A stretch of DNA of 61,988 nt, the filler included, from Choristocarpus tenellus KU-1152 (Eukaryota; Protista; Phaeophyceae): NCBI GenBank assembly GCA_964200185.2. It is 9 parts of 9 records of this genome, joined end to end, with 100 filler letters (N's around TTAATTAATTAA, not from the genome) between each part and the next. Parts side by side here need not be neighbours in the genome. Positions count along the whole stretch, not along the records: positions 1 to 16,849 come from CAXNAD020000758.1; 8 more parts are not named here. One strand, written 5' to 3'. The position numbers and the translations under genes were made by a program. Below, piece by piece: positions 1 to 14,100 of the stretch (within the stretch, counting starts at the first letter, position 1; the number at the start of each line of letters is the position of its first letter). The notes beneath the pieces are model-generated. The model was not told where the DNA came from, made no database searches, and worked only from the letters and a program-made list of their open reading frames with translations.

Positions 1-3000
1 CAGGTGTGTGTTTGAATTGGGGGTGGGGGGGGGGAGGACCTCAAAATGTGGGTAGGCGTAACTGGTGTTCAAAAGAAATATTGTTATGTGTCAATTTCTG
101 TAATACCATGTTTGTCACCACACTTTATTTAGGTAGTATACATTAAAATTAAACTTTCTTTATCCCTTTGTTGCTCTCCCTTTTTTCTGATGTGTACTGA
201 TCTCTGTGTGTGTATTTAATGCATGACGTGTGTGCGTTTTGCTTTTGGTGGTGTTCTCAGGGGTATGTGGTGTGCCCCAGCGAAAAGAGATTCCTGTTAC
301 TTTTCACCTTCTTTAAGAAGAACAAGAAGAACAAGATCAAGAAGATCATGGTGATAAAAAATAAATTAAATTAAGAAGAAAAAGAGAAAGTGCAGATTTT
401 TTTATTCTATTTGTGGTACGCCTTCCTGGAACAAACAACACCTACCACAGTCCTGTCCAGGCACAGGAGAAAATGGAAAATGTAGTATTTGTATAGAGCG
501 TTTGAAATAGGTAAATGTAAATGTCAAGTGTTTATCTTTAGAAAGAAGAGTAGTATGTATATATTGACAATTCTATTTTTGCTGTTGTATAGAGTATTTT
601 GTCTCTGTGCATGCCAACATATATATGTGTGTATATGTGTAGTGTGTATTTGTGTGTTTTCAGGTGTTTTTCTCCCCCTGCAATTCTGTGAAATTCCACT
701 CAGAGCTCCTCAATTATATTGATATACCAGTCATGGATATCCATGGACGTCAGAAGCAGCAGAAGCGAACAACTTCATTCTTCCAATTTTGTCGTCAGGT
801 ACGTATGTATTTATATTGTACTGTTGTTGTATATTATTTCTTGGGATGCTCCAGGGCGCTCTGGACCTTTGTGCATTGTTTAGTTTTGTTTATGATGTCT
901 TTCTCTCTTGTTTTCTTCTTTGCTTGATCAATGGATACACTTACTAATTTGATGATTCTATCGTGGTGGTCGTAACAGACAAGAGAAAATGAGAGAAGAA
1001 ACCAAATTGTAACTGTTGTTAAAAGGCGTTAGCGTTGAATATCTCGAGCTCTGTAGCAAGGGCATTATTGACCTGTGGCCATTGATGGTGCCCCCCCCAC
1101 ACACGTATATCAAACACATGATATATAGTGTTATGTTAGTTGCCAAGATAGTGAGATACCTTTCCATTCCAGAGGCAGAAGAAGTATACCTCAAGTTTCC
1201 TCAGCGGTAAAATTGACCATTGTTTGTGGTATCTATGTCATTGCTTTGACATGAGGGTGTTGTGGAGGAATATTCTCATGTATGTTTTTCGGATGGAAGA
1301 TGTCTTTGTCTCTTTTGCAATATACACGACATCTCTTCCACCCAATGAAACTGACTGTACCGTTCACCATTGATGTTGAGTAATTTATAGTATTATTCTT
1401 AAGTATAATGTGTTTTCACCATTGGAGTGGTTGGTATATTATTAAAATAGGGTCTGTTTATCTACTTCTATTATTGCATTGTGATAATTGATTTTGTGTG
1501 TTAATATACACTCTACTATTACTACAACATGAAAAAAAGGAAAGTTGAAAAAAATATATGTATGTACGGTGTTTTTTTTTTCTTTTTTGAAGTTTGAACA
1601 TTGTTGGGGATAACAATAGTATGCACAACAAGTACCTAATAATAGTAACAGTACCATGACCTACTGTCCCTAGTGTTATAGTGGCATCTCAATGTTAGAC
1701 AAGTATCAGATTCCAGATTGCTACATGGTTTAATCTGTGGGCCATTACCCCGCAAGTTGTGTGGTTTTCCCCAACAGTTAATGTCTGTCTCTATATATTT
1801 CCCAGTAAACCCTTCATGACCTGGACTCTCCCCCTACCTCCCATCTTTGTCCTCCTTTTGTAGAGAGTTGGAAAGGCGTTCCAGTCGGGATTTGATTTTT
1901 TTATTCTCCTCATTATCATTATTATTATCGTTGCATTTTTTTTGTAATCATTACTATATTCAGGAGAAAGGTGTTCTTCTATGTACTGATGTGGCAGCCA
2001 GGGGCCTAGATATCCCTTCAGTGGACTGGATCATCCAGTATGATCCTCCTGACCAGACAGCGGAATATATCCATAGGGTGGGAAGGACTGCAAGGGGGCA
2101 GAGCAGCAAGGGCAGGTGACACAATCTGACACGATATGATATGATATGATATGATATGATAAGGTTTACTTATTATATACCATGTGAGGGAGGACTTGTA
2201 CCTTTACGGGTAAGCCATTTTAGCAGTTCTAAGACATGCCTAACAATAAATAATAATAGTAAGAACTGTCTTAACTTGTATACCTGTAGTGCAAAGTTAA
2301 ACTGGTTCAATTCACTTCCATGTATTGTAATAGAAGAGTAATTGTCTTTAAGACGTGCACATGCATCTATTGCTGTTGTTACAAGGTAAAATAGAAAATA
2401 GTGTGTTGGGCGTATGATACTTCAAGAGTGAACTACTTCAAGAGTAAACTACTTCAAGAGGAACACATTATTTTAGTGGATATGGTGCAAATAGAGCTGG
2501 TGCGAGTGTGGATGGTATGGTGCTTCCTTTCTACCAAAATACACTTTGTTATCTGATTCTTTTCTTGCAGTAGCCTTGTACAGTGTAGGTACAGTAGTGG
2601 TGGGAAATGGACACAAGAATGTACCAGTGCTTTGTTAGTCTAGTAAGGACAATGTGAGGGTAGTACCCCTATGAGAGAAGTATGATGTGAGCTTTCTGGT
2701 ATGATACTCCTTCTGTGTGTGTTATTGAATCGTCATGTTTGTGTGTTTGTGTGTGTTTGTGTGTATTTTGTTAAGAGCGCTGCTGTTCTTGCTGCCAGAG
2801 GAGATTGGTTTCCTCCGCTACCTCAAGGCTGCAAAGGTGAGGAGAGTCCAATGCTTTGTTCTATTATTGAACAATGGAGCAGAACAAAAATGGAAAAAAT
2901 ATATGTTGCCTTCACAAATATTTGAACCCTGACCCTAATCCCCCCCCCCCCCCAACTATTATACAAAAGGCTAAGTATTTGCGCGCAAGTTACTGAGCTA

Positions 3001-3932
3001 CCGCTGTATTTTGAAAGTCATTGTTATAATTATTTTCAATAGTAATAGTGTCGATCCTTATGTGTGGGTGTGTTATATGTGGGAAGGACAGTAGAGGCTA
3101 TTTTCTCCTTTGAAATACCATTTCATTCTCAAACTACAGTGTGATACTATTACCATACCCTACTGTGTGTGTACCTTCTTTTGTCTCCCCTTCTTGCAAA
3201 TCATAAGTCTTTTTTTGAGGTGCGACAGTTTGAGAAACGTTACTATAGTAGATTGTAAAAACGGATAAACGCGGGTGGGTGATTTTGTTCTACCGTGATT
3301 TCTCATTATTTCGTATAGAGTATTTTGGATGTTGCTCCGTCAATTTTCATCACTGCTGCCACTGTTGTGAGGCGAAGCTGAATGAGTATGAGTTTCCAGT
3401 GAAAAAAGCGGCCAATGCACAGTCCCAGTTAGGACGCCTGATTGAGAAGAACTACTACCTCAACAAGTCTGCAAGGGAGGTAAGTGATCTGAGGACGCAA
3501 CAAATGAGGAGGAGGAGGGGATAGGTGGGTATATATTCCATTCAAATGTTGTTGGATGTTACTGTATTACCTACCCCGTGTTGGTCGTCATTTTGCTTGA
3601 AGCGTAACTTTTCATATTTTTGGTATTGCATATTTTTCGAGTACTATGTTGCATATACATAGATGCGTATGTGGAGTCATTTCTGAGCTCGCCTTCCCTA
3701 CCACTGGAAACAAACACCCTTTGAAACCATATTGATATTATTGACTGGCAACTCTCCTGTCTATTTCTTCCTTTTTTTTCTGTCTCGTGATCGAATATCA
3801 AATAAAATAAATCAGGCGTATCGCTCGTACTTGCTGGCATATTCATCCCACTCCCTGAAAAATATCTACAATGTACATGAGCTGGATCTCCAGGCGGTGG
3901 CCAGAGCATTTGGGTTCACAGTGCCTCCTCGG
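1..3932 (+). CDS. HAS1: ATP-dependent DEAD-box RNA helicase HAS1/DDX18 (60S biogenesis), C-terminal half, partial multi-exon gene
   Basis: Phase-consistent exons: <1-3, 261-350 ([17 protein letters not shown]..), 664-798 ([43 protein letters not shown]), 1964-2115 ([36 protein letters not shown], motifs V/VI), 2776-2836 ([20 protein letters not shown]), 3372-3479 ([21 protein letters not shown]), 3816-3932 ([39 protein letters not shown]). All introns are GT-AG. The terminal exon was not found. Confidence 0.95.
2131..2161 (+). repeat. (GATAT)n microsatellite in HAS1 intron
   Basis: gatatgatatgatatgatatgatatgata seen directly. Confidence 0.85.
2418..2460 (+). repeat. 16-bp tandem repeat x~2.7 (tacttcaagagtRaac)
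   Basis: tacttcaagagtgaac-tacttcaagagtaaac-tacttcaagag. Confidence 0.8.
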
Positions 3933-4633
3933 GTGGGTTGGTTGTGTCGAAGTAATCCATGCCTTGGATAACATAATACTCAACACTGTGTTATGTTATG
4001 CTAATGCCACTGACAATGAAAACATATACAATACTGTAGCGGCTGTGACACTCCAGTCCGAAACATACGTATATGATGTGTCGGCATGTTAATGTAACAC
4101 CAGTTATGTCGTAAGGAAAAATATGTAGTGTTATGATATTGTGTTGTGTTATGAGACAACACTATGTTACGGCCTAACACTCTCCAAAGTGTTGTCATAG
4201 CACCCCCATTGTGTTGAGGCGTAACTAAATATTACAAGCTATGAAGTGAAGGAAGGAATGCTGCACTGGTTATCGACAGACTTTACAAGACAGTAATGTC
4301 TCTCAGTGGTTTGTTAAGTTGTCCTCCATTTCTGCTTTAGTTGTGTGATGATGACTTTGGTGTACATCGGCAGTCCAAGTGTGTTATTGGTTATTTTCTC
4401 CTTCTGTTGATTGATGATGTGAATTCCGTACAGATAAAACGTATCCTACTACGCCTGCTGTTATGATATCGTATGACACCAAGTGTTGTGTTACCGCACA
4501 GAGTGTTATGTCCTAGGACGGAGGGTTAAGTTGTAACAACACGATGTTTCATTGGGTTTTTCAACACAAAACGTATTGCAGCGTAGTTGTGTGCATAACG
4601 GGTTTGCGAAATGATAAAATTCAAAGCAATAAA

Positions 4634-4890
4634 GAGCCAAAGTATCTTAGAGGGTACAGCTGCGTCCATTTGGGTGCCAAAGCCCAATGTTGCAATTTGG
4701 ATGTAATCTTGTCTATTGTGTGTGTTAGGAAGTGTCCATGTCGATATTCTGGACACACCTTCTAATAACATACACATTTTACCCACTCGGAGAAATTTGG
4801 AGAAGAAAAATGTAATAAAACATCCATAGGAAGCCAAGCCCCAAATGGACAAACAGGGCAAAACTCCTACCCTCTAAGATACTTTCACTC
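4634..4890 (+). mobile_element. MITE family A (~255 bp, TIR GAGYSAAAGTATCTTAGAGGGTA)
   Basis: Starts gagccaaagtatcttagagggta and ends taccctctaagatactttcactc. Inner inverted motif gtccatttggg/cccaaatggac. Eight further copies in the window. Confidence 0.9.
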
Positions 4891-6092
4891 AGCCTTTTTC
4901 TCGTAGAGTATAGATTCCTAACTACTCATTACGAACATAAGTCCTGTTTTTGTTTTACTGCAAGGTAACTGCTATGCAATGATTGGTTAATGAAGTTGTC
5001 TTGGCTGCAACAACATCCCGCGTTTTTGCCTTGTCCCTCTAATTACACCCATTATACATTAGATTATCATCCAGGACTATTTTTAGTAGCTTGACAAGGT
5101 CCATGCTTCTACTGAGAGCACATGTTTTAAGTGAATGCAGTGGACAGGATCTGGGTAAAGCTTCCGTCACCTTTCCTGTGCAATGATGTTTCCACCAGAG
5201 GTGACTGTAAGAACGATGACATACATGGTGGTGTTGACTATGGTCCCAAGGGTCGTTTATGTCGTCCCTGACTCTAACTCTCGGATATTGTGTTGTTTCC
5301 AATATTGTTCCCTTGTGGGGTGGGACTCCTGACTCCTTTGTATGGTGCATATCCTTTCCTGTACGCCTACTCATTTCCAGCCCCTGTCTCACAGAGCCTT
5401 TTGCGAGTTGTTTCAGGTCCAGACGTTGGAGTCTTTTGGTCAACATATAGGGGGGTGGGAGAGCAATTGTTCTTCTCATTTGTTTGAAAGACTAGCGACA
5501 AGGAGAGATATGATCCATGCTACAGTGCCCTTAAACCCTGACTTTGAAGTAGGTGGTGGTGATCTTCTTACATTGAGGGTGTCACTTCCAAGCCTTTGAA
5601 ATATGACCATTCCTGTGCATCTACTTGAAAAAGATACATACCCTTCATCAGCTGTTTTTTTTACAAGGATACTTTCATCGGTGCTATCCTGCCACCCCCC
5701 ACCTCTCAACCTCTCAACCTCTCTTCCCCTATATGCACACATAGTACAGTAGTATACATCTATGTGTTTCTCCACCTGCCAAGCACTTGGAAGCCTATTT
5801 CTTAACAATATCAATTGTTTCCACCTATGTGCAAATGTGTGTGCATGTATGAAATGTGGACCACTATCATTATGACTTTAATATCAATGAGAATTTCTCA
5901 GCACATTTTGTGCTTCACTCTTATGTATACAGTTTCCATGTCACACAGTCACGAAACATTGGAACAGAATAGGTGCATTATTGTGTGCACACGGTGTTGT
6001 GAGAAGAAGGTTGACAAATAGTTCAAACCTACTTCTATTTAATGCGGGCTTGTGGCCTACCAATTTCTAGTTTTGTATTTCGATTTCTATTG

Positions 6093-6222
6093 TATTATTA
6101 CTATGCCCTCTTGATATTTTACTGATTTGTCAGGGGAAAGGCCGAATCAATATCGTAAAGACCCCTCTAAAAGCAACAATCGTCGTAAATGTTGAAGGTG
6201 CCTCTCCAAACAAAGACTTATC
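6093..6222 (+). repeat. Dispersed repeat family C (tattattatgccctctgacattttgcagatgtgtcaggg...), degenerate copy
   Basis: Similar to the copies at 19695, 38019, 39134, 39370(-), 39663 and 43920. Confidence 0.6.
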
Positions 6223-6949
6223 ACTTTTTGAATACCACCAGCTATACTACAACACTCCCTTCAAGGTTGGTGATTACTCCATTATTATGTGTACATTGGT
6301 GCTATACCTCTAACCTGCCTTAAGCCTAATACAATTTACATTCATTTTTTGTTAATGACAAACCGACAGACAAACGTGTTTTGAATTCTATATCGTACAT
6401 TTGTTGCGGTCGGTGGTGTGGTTTTGGGGGGAACCACTGACTGAGTCAGACTTGAGGTGAAGGGGAAAACACTAAGAAGAGAGGGATGGGTCACTGAGTT
6501 TGAAGGGAAGATTACTGAAGCAACACAAGAGGAAGATTTAACGATCAATAGGTGAATTGTTGAGCGTTGAGAGGAGACCGTCTTCATCATCAGTCCCTGC
6601 ATCTAGAGCCAGATCATCATCATTGGTTTGGCGAAGGTGTATATAATACTACGTACGTGAACATATCTAGACGGTCCACTTCAAGCTTCACTACCGTTCA
6701 TTACTGCTGCTACTGTACGGGGAAAATATGTCTCTTCCTGACAGTCATGGAGCTCATATAGGGGGGGATCATTTTCCTCAGGTAGGTGGTGAGTGGATGT
6801 GCCGTACAGCACTAAATTTTGTCATGATAGCCTGTAACTTCCAAATACCTTACATGTCATTCGCTTCAGAACGGGTGTGGTAATAGTTGGTTGGGGATAC
6901 AGTGTCCTTGCTTAGTGTCCGTTACCTGTGTGTGTGCGGCATTAGTATG

Positions 6950-7450
6950 CCATAATAGTAGAGGGTATTAGTAGAACCTCGCTACATGAAGACATACATT
7001 TGTGTGTTTCGTAAAATTCCAGAACAAGTTGAAGTGGAGATATAGGAGATTTTCGCTCTATGGATGATCAAAGACAGATAGGTACACTCACTTCCTGAAA
7101 ATCCTCCCCCGAGCCAAATATGAAAACTGTAGTTTATACATTGTGCATGCGACGGGGCATCGCGCCTGAACGAAAGAGTCTCTGCAGTATCTGGCAAGAC
7201 AACCTCAAAACGGCGTGGGCTGATATAGGACTGCCTCCCTCGTTCAACAACCATCCCTAAACATACCTGTGTAGCATCCGGTAGGAAACCATCCGTGTCT
7301 TGTCGTTTGTTGTAATCTATCGTTTTTGGTCAAGAGCATGATTAACAAACCCATCCATATATGGCAGCATCTATGTACAGATTATCGATGCCAAGCACAC
7401 GAGTACTAGACAATGTAGGCCGTATCCTGGTACATGCCTTTCTGGGGCTG
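6950..7450 (-). mobile_element. Highly decayed Ty1/Copia RT/RNase H remnant
   Basis: Broken-frame remnants RQSYIS.. and TKHTNVCLH resemble the Copia RNase H motifs KQ..V..S and KHIDVR.H. Many stops. Confidence 0.3.
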
Positions 7451-10400
7451 ATACTCACATCCCATCCGAAATCATCCCAGTTGTTTCCCACCCCACCTTG
7501 CAGCAATACCACGCAAGATTCACACGGAGATCACCGACAACGCGTTTTCTTCTTTCTAAATCACCCCCCTCGTACAATTTATCAAGTGTTTTAGCTCGAT
7601 CTCCATGAAACTCACTCCCCATAAATAATAACTCGTAGAATCTTAGAGACGAGGGGGAAAGAGGTAGTGACACTCTAGGCGATGTTGGCGGCACACTCGA
7701 TACCCTTTCTCTGCAGGGCCCAAGTATACATGTGCACCAACTAGCAAAAATTGTATGCCCTTGTTTTCCATCAGCCCCCAACAAGAAAGTGACAATCCCC
7801 CACGCTTGTGACAAAAGCAGTCACCGCAAGCTGGTTCTACAGACACTGGAGACATGGATGGCAGCATGGAAGATGACGATGGACTATCAGAACGTTTGGG
7901 AGTCATGTCCATCAAGGTACGATGATGGCACAAGATTATCAACCACAGAGGGTCAGTTGTTGATCAAGGAGGGTGATTGGGCAAGTGGTGGTACAGAAGC
8001 ACAGTGTCTGGCCTGTCATGAAATATTCTCGGCCCTTTTTTGTTTTCTTATGCTTTGAAAGTGTGAGATATGCAGTGGTTTGTTGTATCATTCTTCTGAT
8101 ATAATCCTCCATGTCAAGATTATGCTTGACCATTTGTGAGAATATGATTTGAAGTATTATTTTATGTACGCACAGAAGATAATGCGGGACATTCGGGATA
8201 TTTAGGCGGGGTATTTGACCAGAAGTAATCGGCGGACTATTAGAGTCGGAGTGTTTCTGACGTGTACTAGAGATACGTTGAGTCATTTGGTATTCTGAGT
8301 CATTAAGTGTAAGGACTGGTGAGCCCCACCTAGTGAAGGTATCTCACTCTCTTCTCAACTGTGGGACAAGTTAATAAACAATAATATAACTAGTTGTGTG
8401 GGACAACAGATCGTCAAGGACAGCTTAACAAAACAGATTTAATCGTGGAAAGGAGATCGTGGAAATAGAATTTTCTAGTATATTTGTTTAGAAGGTAGGT
8501 CAATCCTTCGATTTACTATTGTTTATTATTCAGCTAATTGTCCTGTAAATCAAGATTAATTCTCCATCCAAATCAGAAAAAAGGAGAAAGAAGGCACCTC
8601 GTCTTCAAGGTGTCCTTGCTCTGACTGGTTGGATCGACTTCCTGTCTTTCCAATTGACAGCAGTAGTAGTGCATTCGCTGAAAGACAGTGCAGCACTCAC
8701 AAGGCATTTTTGGAGTTCCTCTCGCAAAGACCATCTTACTTGCGGGGGGTGTCTCTTTATATTATTCCGAGCCTGTTCACCACCACCACTGGCGTTTTGT
8801 TACAGCAATAAGACGAGGTATGTTACTACTTAGAAGCATGCTTCCCATCACCATTACTGTCATTGTGTGTTTGATAAGGGTACCAGAACAACAGAAAAAA
8901 TACAACTACTGTAGTAGTAGTAGTAGGGTAAGGCAATGAGCGTATCTAGCCTTGTGATAAAACGAAGTGATTTAGTGGTCAAGCAACTGCTGCACAGGGT
9001 TGCTGAGAATCCTCCAGGTTATCGTGTAGTTTAGAGTCAGGCGTCATTACTCTCAACCACGAGAAAACAAAAGATTGCTAAAGGAATGGCAACACGAAAG
9101 ACTAATGGCCGACCTCTATTGCGATGTGTAGGAGTGCTCCTTATATTCATGTATAGAATTATAATGTCACAATACATCCCTATACAATGAACAGTTGGCA
9201 GGAACTCGGCAAGGACCGTAGTAGCGACTGTCTAGGCAAGGTATTATTATTTGATGCCACAAATGGAACTGCCCTTAGCAACCCCCTGCCGCCAATGATA
9301 GACCCTATCTATCTAGGTCTTTTCCACAAGGAATCTAATGATCACCACCTCTCACACTCATTCGTTTTGTTGAAGAGAAGAGAAGCTCATAGCAACTACC
9401 CGTAACATTTTACTTGGAAGGCTTCCAGATAACAACCTACAGTATCCTTCATAGAAAATAGGGTTCTGAAGCTAAACGGAGGGGGTGGTTTTCCATATAT
9501 AGTTCTAGTGCGTGGGGAACCATGATTGGCAAAAGGCATACAAAAACATAAAGGACTGCCACCCCCCTTGCCGGAAAAAAATGTCTCCAGGTCTAGAGGT
9601 CAGTGATGCATATCATGATTACAAAACAGACAAGTTGATTGATCGTTGTGTGTGACACTATCTTTGCTACACGTACGTCTTTTTTCACATACAATTATTG
9701 TTAGACACATAGCCTGAGATGGTGAGCAGACGTACGAGAGGAAGAAGAATTGGGATCATTATTCAGCTTACAGTCGACTTCTTGTTGTGACTGTGCTGTT
9801 ATGGGTGAGGTCAGGAGGGATCTATCTTGAGGGCGCTTCAGTCCTTGAGCTGTGCATATAGAAATTATCACTGGAGTCTGTGTTTTCAGCAGATGGAATA
9901 TATGGTATTAACTCTACTACTACTACTCTGTGCAGTTTGATTGATAATGGGACCTCAATACTACTGGAATGGTAGCCCAAAGGCAGCAGTAGCCAATCAA
10001 GTTCATACAGTATTCCAGTCCAAGAGTAATCCTATCTTAAGAGGGGATGTCGATGACTGTCAAGGGTCATTGTGACTTGACTACTGGTGCATGTTCTCTT
10101 AGTACCCTTAATGGAGATATTTCATGTGGGTGGATGAAGACCCATATCCTCTTTCTATAGGCACAGACTTAAGGTGAGTTAGCTGCACTTTAGGCATGTG
10201 AAATGGGGTGTCAGGCAGAGAATTTGTAAGCGCTAAATACTCAAAAGACCCTAAATTGTCCTTTATCTAAGGCAAGGATGGCTCCAAGTCGTTCCACTCA
10301 TGTTGCTATTGATTGTTTGGTATTTCAATTTTGTATATAAACATAAAACAACAGAACACATCACTTCACACATCATTCTGTGTGTATTGCGGAGCAGCCT

Positions 10401-11108
10401 TTTCTCATCCACTGCCTCCCATCCATATAAACACAGCTTGGCAACACAGTAAAATAAGAAGTGCCTCTCCCCACATATAATTCTTGCACATAATTTATTG
10501 CTGTCCTATCGTACTCCAAGCAACAATGCATAGAAACAGCTATAAATACTGCTTCTTGCTGGCATGAAGAAGAGCATGCACCTCCCAGTCAGATGTGTGG
10601 CATCTTTCCAAACCTCCTTTGCATCCATCTCTCAAAAATTAATTCACCCCGCCCGGCAAAGCATAGCAGTCTGCCTGTTTTTACCTTGGTGCCTAACGCT
10701 GCTCCTGGCTGTGGGGGTATACTATTAAAAGTATCACTCACCCTCCATGTCATCTACAAAATGACATCCCTGGAACAAAGAGAGGGTCATACAATGTACT
10801 CGCAGTTCTGTCTGAGAGACTATACTTCCCTGTGGGCAACCAAAACTCGTTGGATATAAACATAAAAGCAAGGCAAAGCCCTGAGGTGTGCACAGAGCAT
10901 CAAGACAAACGTATGTCTTTGTATCTGCACAGTGAGAAGAGAAAGAAAAAATCACGCAGATTAGGCAACAAGAAAGCCCAGTCAAAGCCATCCATGAGAT
11001 AACCAATTTATGAACCAGTGTTCAGTATCCATAGGTCCGAAGTCAAGCAGGATGCCCTCCTCCCTACCTTAGTCCCTCTCCCCCAGACCGATCTTGTGCT
11101 TAAAGTGA

Positions 11109-14100
11109 TCACCCTGTCCTAACCCCTGCTGCTGCTGTGGCATCAAGACTGTTTACAACATGTACCAAGACCCTAAGGATGCTTGCATCATTCCCACCCT
11201 GGGCACTGACAGCAGGTGCCACTGACTCCAAGCCCCCCCTGAGTTGTGCCAGCACGTGTGGCACGTGAACCCGGATTTTGGGGTTGGTAGGGTCCAGCGC
11301 CAGGGAGCACTGCTGCAGCCACTGGAGTTTTAGGGACTGGCATGGTGGAATGGGAAGTGGGTTGCAGTGTTCATATGTGTGTGGGCATTCAGGGACAATT
11401 GGGGTGAGAGTACCAGGGAGAGTTGAATTCAGTCGAGAAATAGATACAGAGGTGACACATGCTCTCCAATCGCGCACTCCTACAAGAACAAAGTACTCTT
11501 GACCACATAACTGTACATGAGAAAACAGAACACCATGTTCCCGGTGGAACAAAATTTCATAGCGATATATAATAATAATAATAATAATAATAAAGCACTG
11601 GTGCTTCCCAGTCCATCTATTTCACATGTAGTAGTACTAAAAGTACTTCAGGGTAATATCCTGTTTAGTTGTGTGTTCTGATGCTCCAAACTCCACACAT
11701 CTTTCCTCCATAACAAGAGTCTAACCAATTGAGAGGTAGGCAGGTTTAGACCCTTTGCATTCTAAGTCATCTTTATTCTCCTGTGCAATTGCTCAAAGTA
11801 TCTGGGGGGGTTGCCTCCTTTGAACACCTTTTCTGACCACAGGTTGGAATCCCTCCCCAGAAACTTTGGGTCAATACACTCTACTTCGTTGTCTCTTGTG
11901 CGTAATAGTCTATGCAAAACTGATATTTCCCCTTTCTGCTCATAAAGTCACACCACAATGCAACAAAGGCTCTTCCTGTGCAATGATACAAAATGGCAAC
12001 TTTATGCCCCTTCATGGGATCCTTAAAATGCTACCCTGCCTACCCCTCAGCTTCTTTGACTCTAACTACAGTTGTAGACGCAGTGATCAAATTATTGTTA
12101 TGCACGTGAATACAAATTAGAATGACTGGTAAGACTCTTCCACGTTGTGTGCTAATCTTCCCCTTTTGCTTTGATCAATGCGGGGGATGGTGACTGTTGG
12201 ACTGCTCAAACGAAACTTTCAATTCCCACAATCCATCCACCAAAGCCCGATCATAGTGCCAAAAAAGTATGTGTAGACATTGTTTTGTGAGGCGTCCTCC
12301 ACAACAAATTCTACATAACCTATCAAAAAAGAGCTGTGCAAAAGTGAATGGGTCGATGCAGTTATAATTGGCTTCCTCATGAATTATCTGCCCTGTTTGA
12401 CCTCTGAATATTGGCAATCCATCAACCACAGTCCTATGGCAATGCTAACTCAGGGATTAATCAGGCAGTGTCCAGAGGGTGCAAGCAGCCCTCATCAAGT
12501 GCCCAACCCACCAACCCGACCACTTGGGGAGTGCATGTTTGCGGAGTGAGGATTCATTGGATTGACTGCTTTACCTAAACTAGGTGCAAAGTTGCCGGAG
12601 GTTCCATTCGTATATATCCTCAACATGTGTCACAAATTTGTATGATATACCAGTGCTTAAATGGTGTGCAATGTTGTATTCCTATGATATAGAAACAATG
12701 TAAGCACATAATTCTAGGGATACAGGCAAACAACAACTTGGCTACATTTCAAAAGTGGAGAAAATTCTGCCTCAAAATTCCGGATGGCTTTAGCATCACA
12801 AAATTTGGAAGGGCCATAAAATGAGGGTGTGGCCTCCAGCTCATCACTCAAATCATATTCCAAATTGTGTTAAGGAAAAAAAAGTTGGAGGGGTACAAAA
12901 CATGTTATAAAAATCTACGCATGATTGTACAAATCCAACAGAAAAGACACCAATTGTTCATTTTGACTCATCAGAATGTCACTGGTCCTGCAACCTGCTC
13001 TCTATCAATTCAACCCTTGGGCATGATTCGTACCGTGTCTTGATGCAGGTCAGATGCCCCCAGCTGCTGTATCAGGCACAACAGGATATGCTGAGACAGG
13101 CTCTGGGGAACACTCTGCGAGTCCAATCGAACGCAAAGCCACAGCACCAGGGTAAGATCCGAAGCAGACAGGGCCTTGTTCATGGCATCTTCAAACCTTT
13201 TCAAATCAAGAAAAGCAACAATATAGTGAGAAAAAAAAAGTAGTAGGAAGAGGGTGGGGGGAGGGGGGGGTTGCAGTGCTAAGGAACGGGAGGGAAATGT
13301 GAAGAATGAAGAAGGAGGATGTTGGAAGGGGAGAAGGTATCAATACCACATGCCCCCTGACTTAAGGCTAAAAATATCTGACATGAACTAAGGATTATCT
13401 CAAACCAGAATATTTTTTTCTCTGTATTACCATTTGCAGTTCTTCACTCAACCTAATTGAACTTACTTTGGCAGCAGTGATACACTTCAGCAAAAGAGCA
13501 ACAAATACCGAAAAGAGTACCACCAAACTGAACTCGGAGAGCTGCTACCCCCTTTGCAGTTGAGAGAGTCAACGGAGGTGGGAGAGATGGGCAATAACAG
13601 CAATGCACTGATCTTCCCCACACATGTCCTGGGACAATGCGGTCTCGTCGTATTTTTCTCTCAAGAACCAAAAGGAAACACTAGTAACTATGACCAGGGA
13701 TAGTTGAAGAGATCCATGATGCCGTTCTGGTCCTGGGTACAAGGATGCTTCAGATCAAGATATGGAGGATGTGCTAGCATCTTTGTCTTGAGACGTAGGA
13801 TGGCATGATACCCTTCACTTCATATCCTGTCTGAGCCAGCTGAGCAGTCTGTTGGTGGCAGTATGTGCCTTTTCAAATGTGGGGTACTGGTATATGCTTT
13901 GCACAGATACATAAGAGTACAGACACACGTGGAAGAGCATGGGGCATTGTTTTACATCAAGAGCAAACATTGATGCCAACAAGCTAATCAGCTAGCGCTT
14001 GCAGAAGTAAGCTATTCAACCCTCAAGACTATCTGCAGGACATCATGTCATTCCCCATACCAGAGGACACTTCTCACTCATCCTCAACATCCTCATCCCC

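Noticed and set aside
7810-7920. WF..TGDM.G...DG..ER resembling an acyl-CoA synthetase motif
   Set aside because: It needs a frameshift, the match is short and no flanking exons support it.
8360-8550. Possible second long hairpin
   Set aside because: Complementarity is patchy and AT-rich with indels, and cannot be told from chance by eye.
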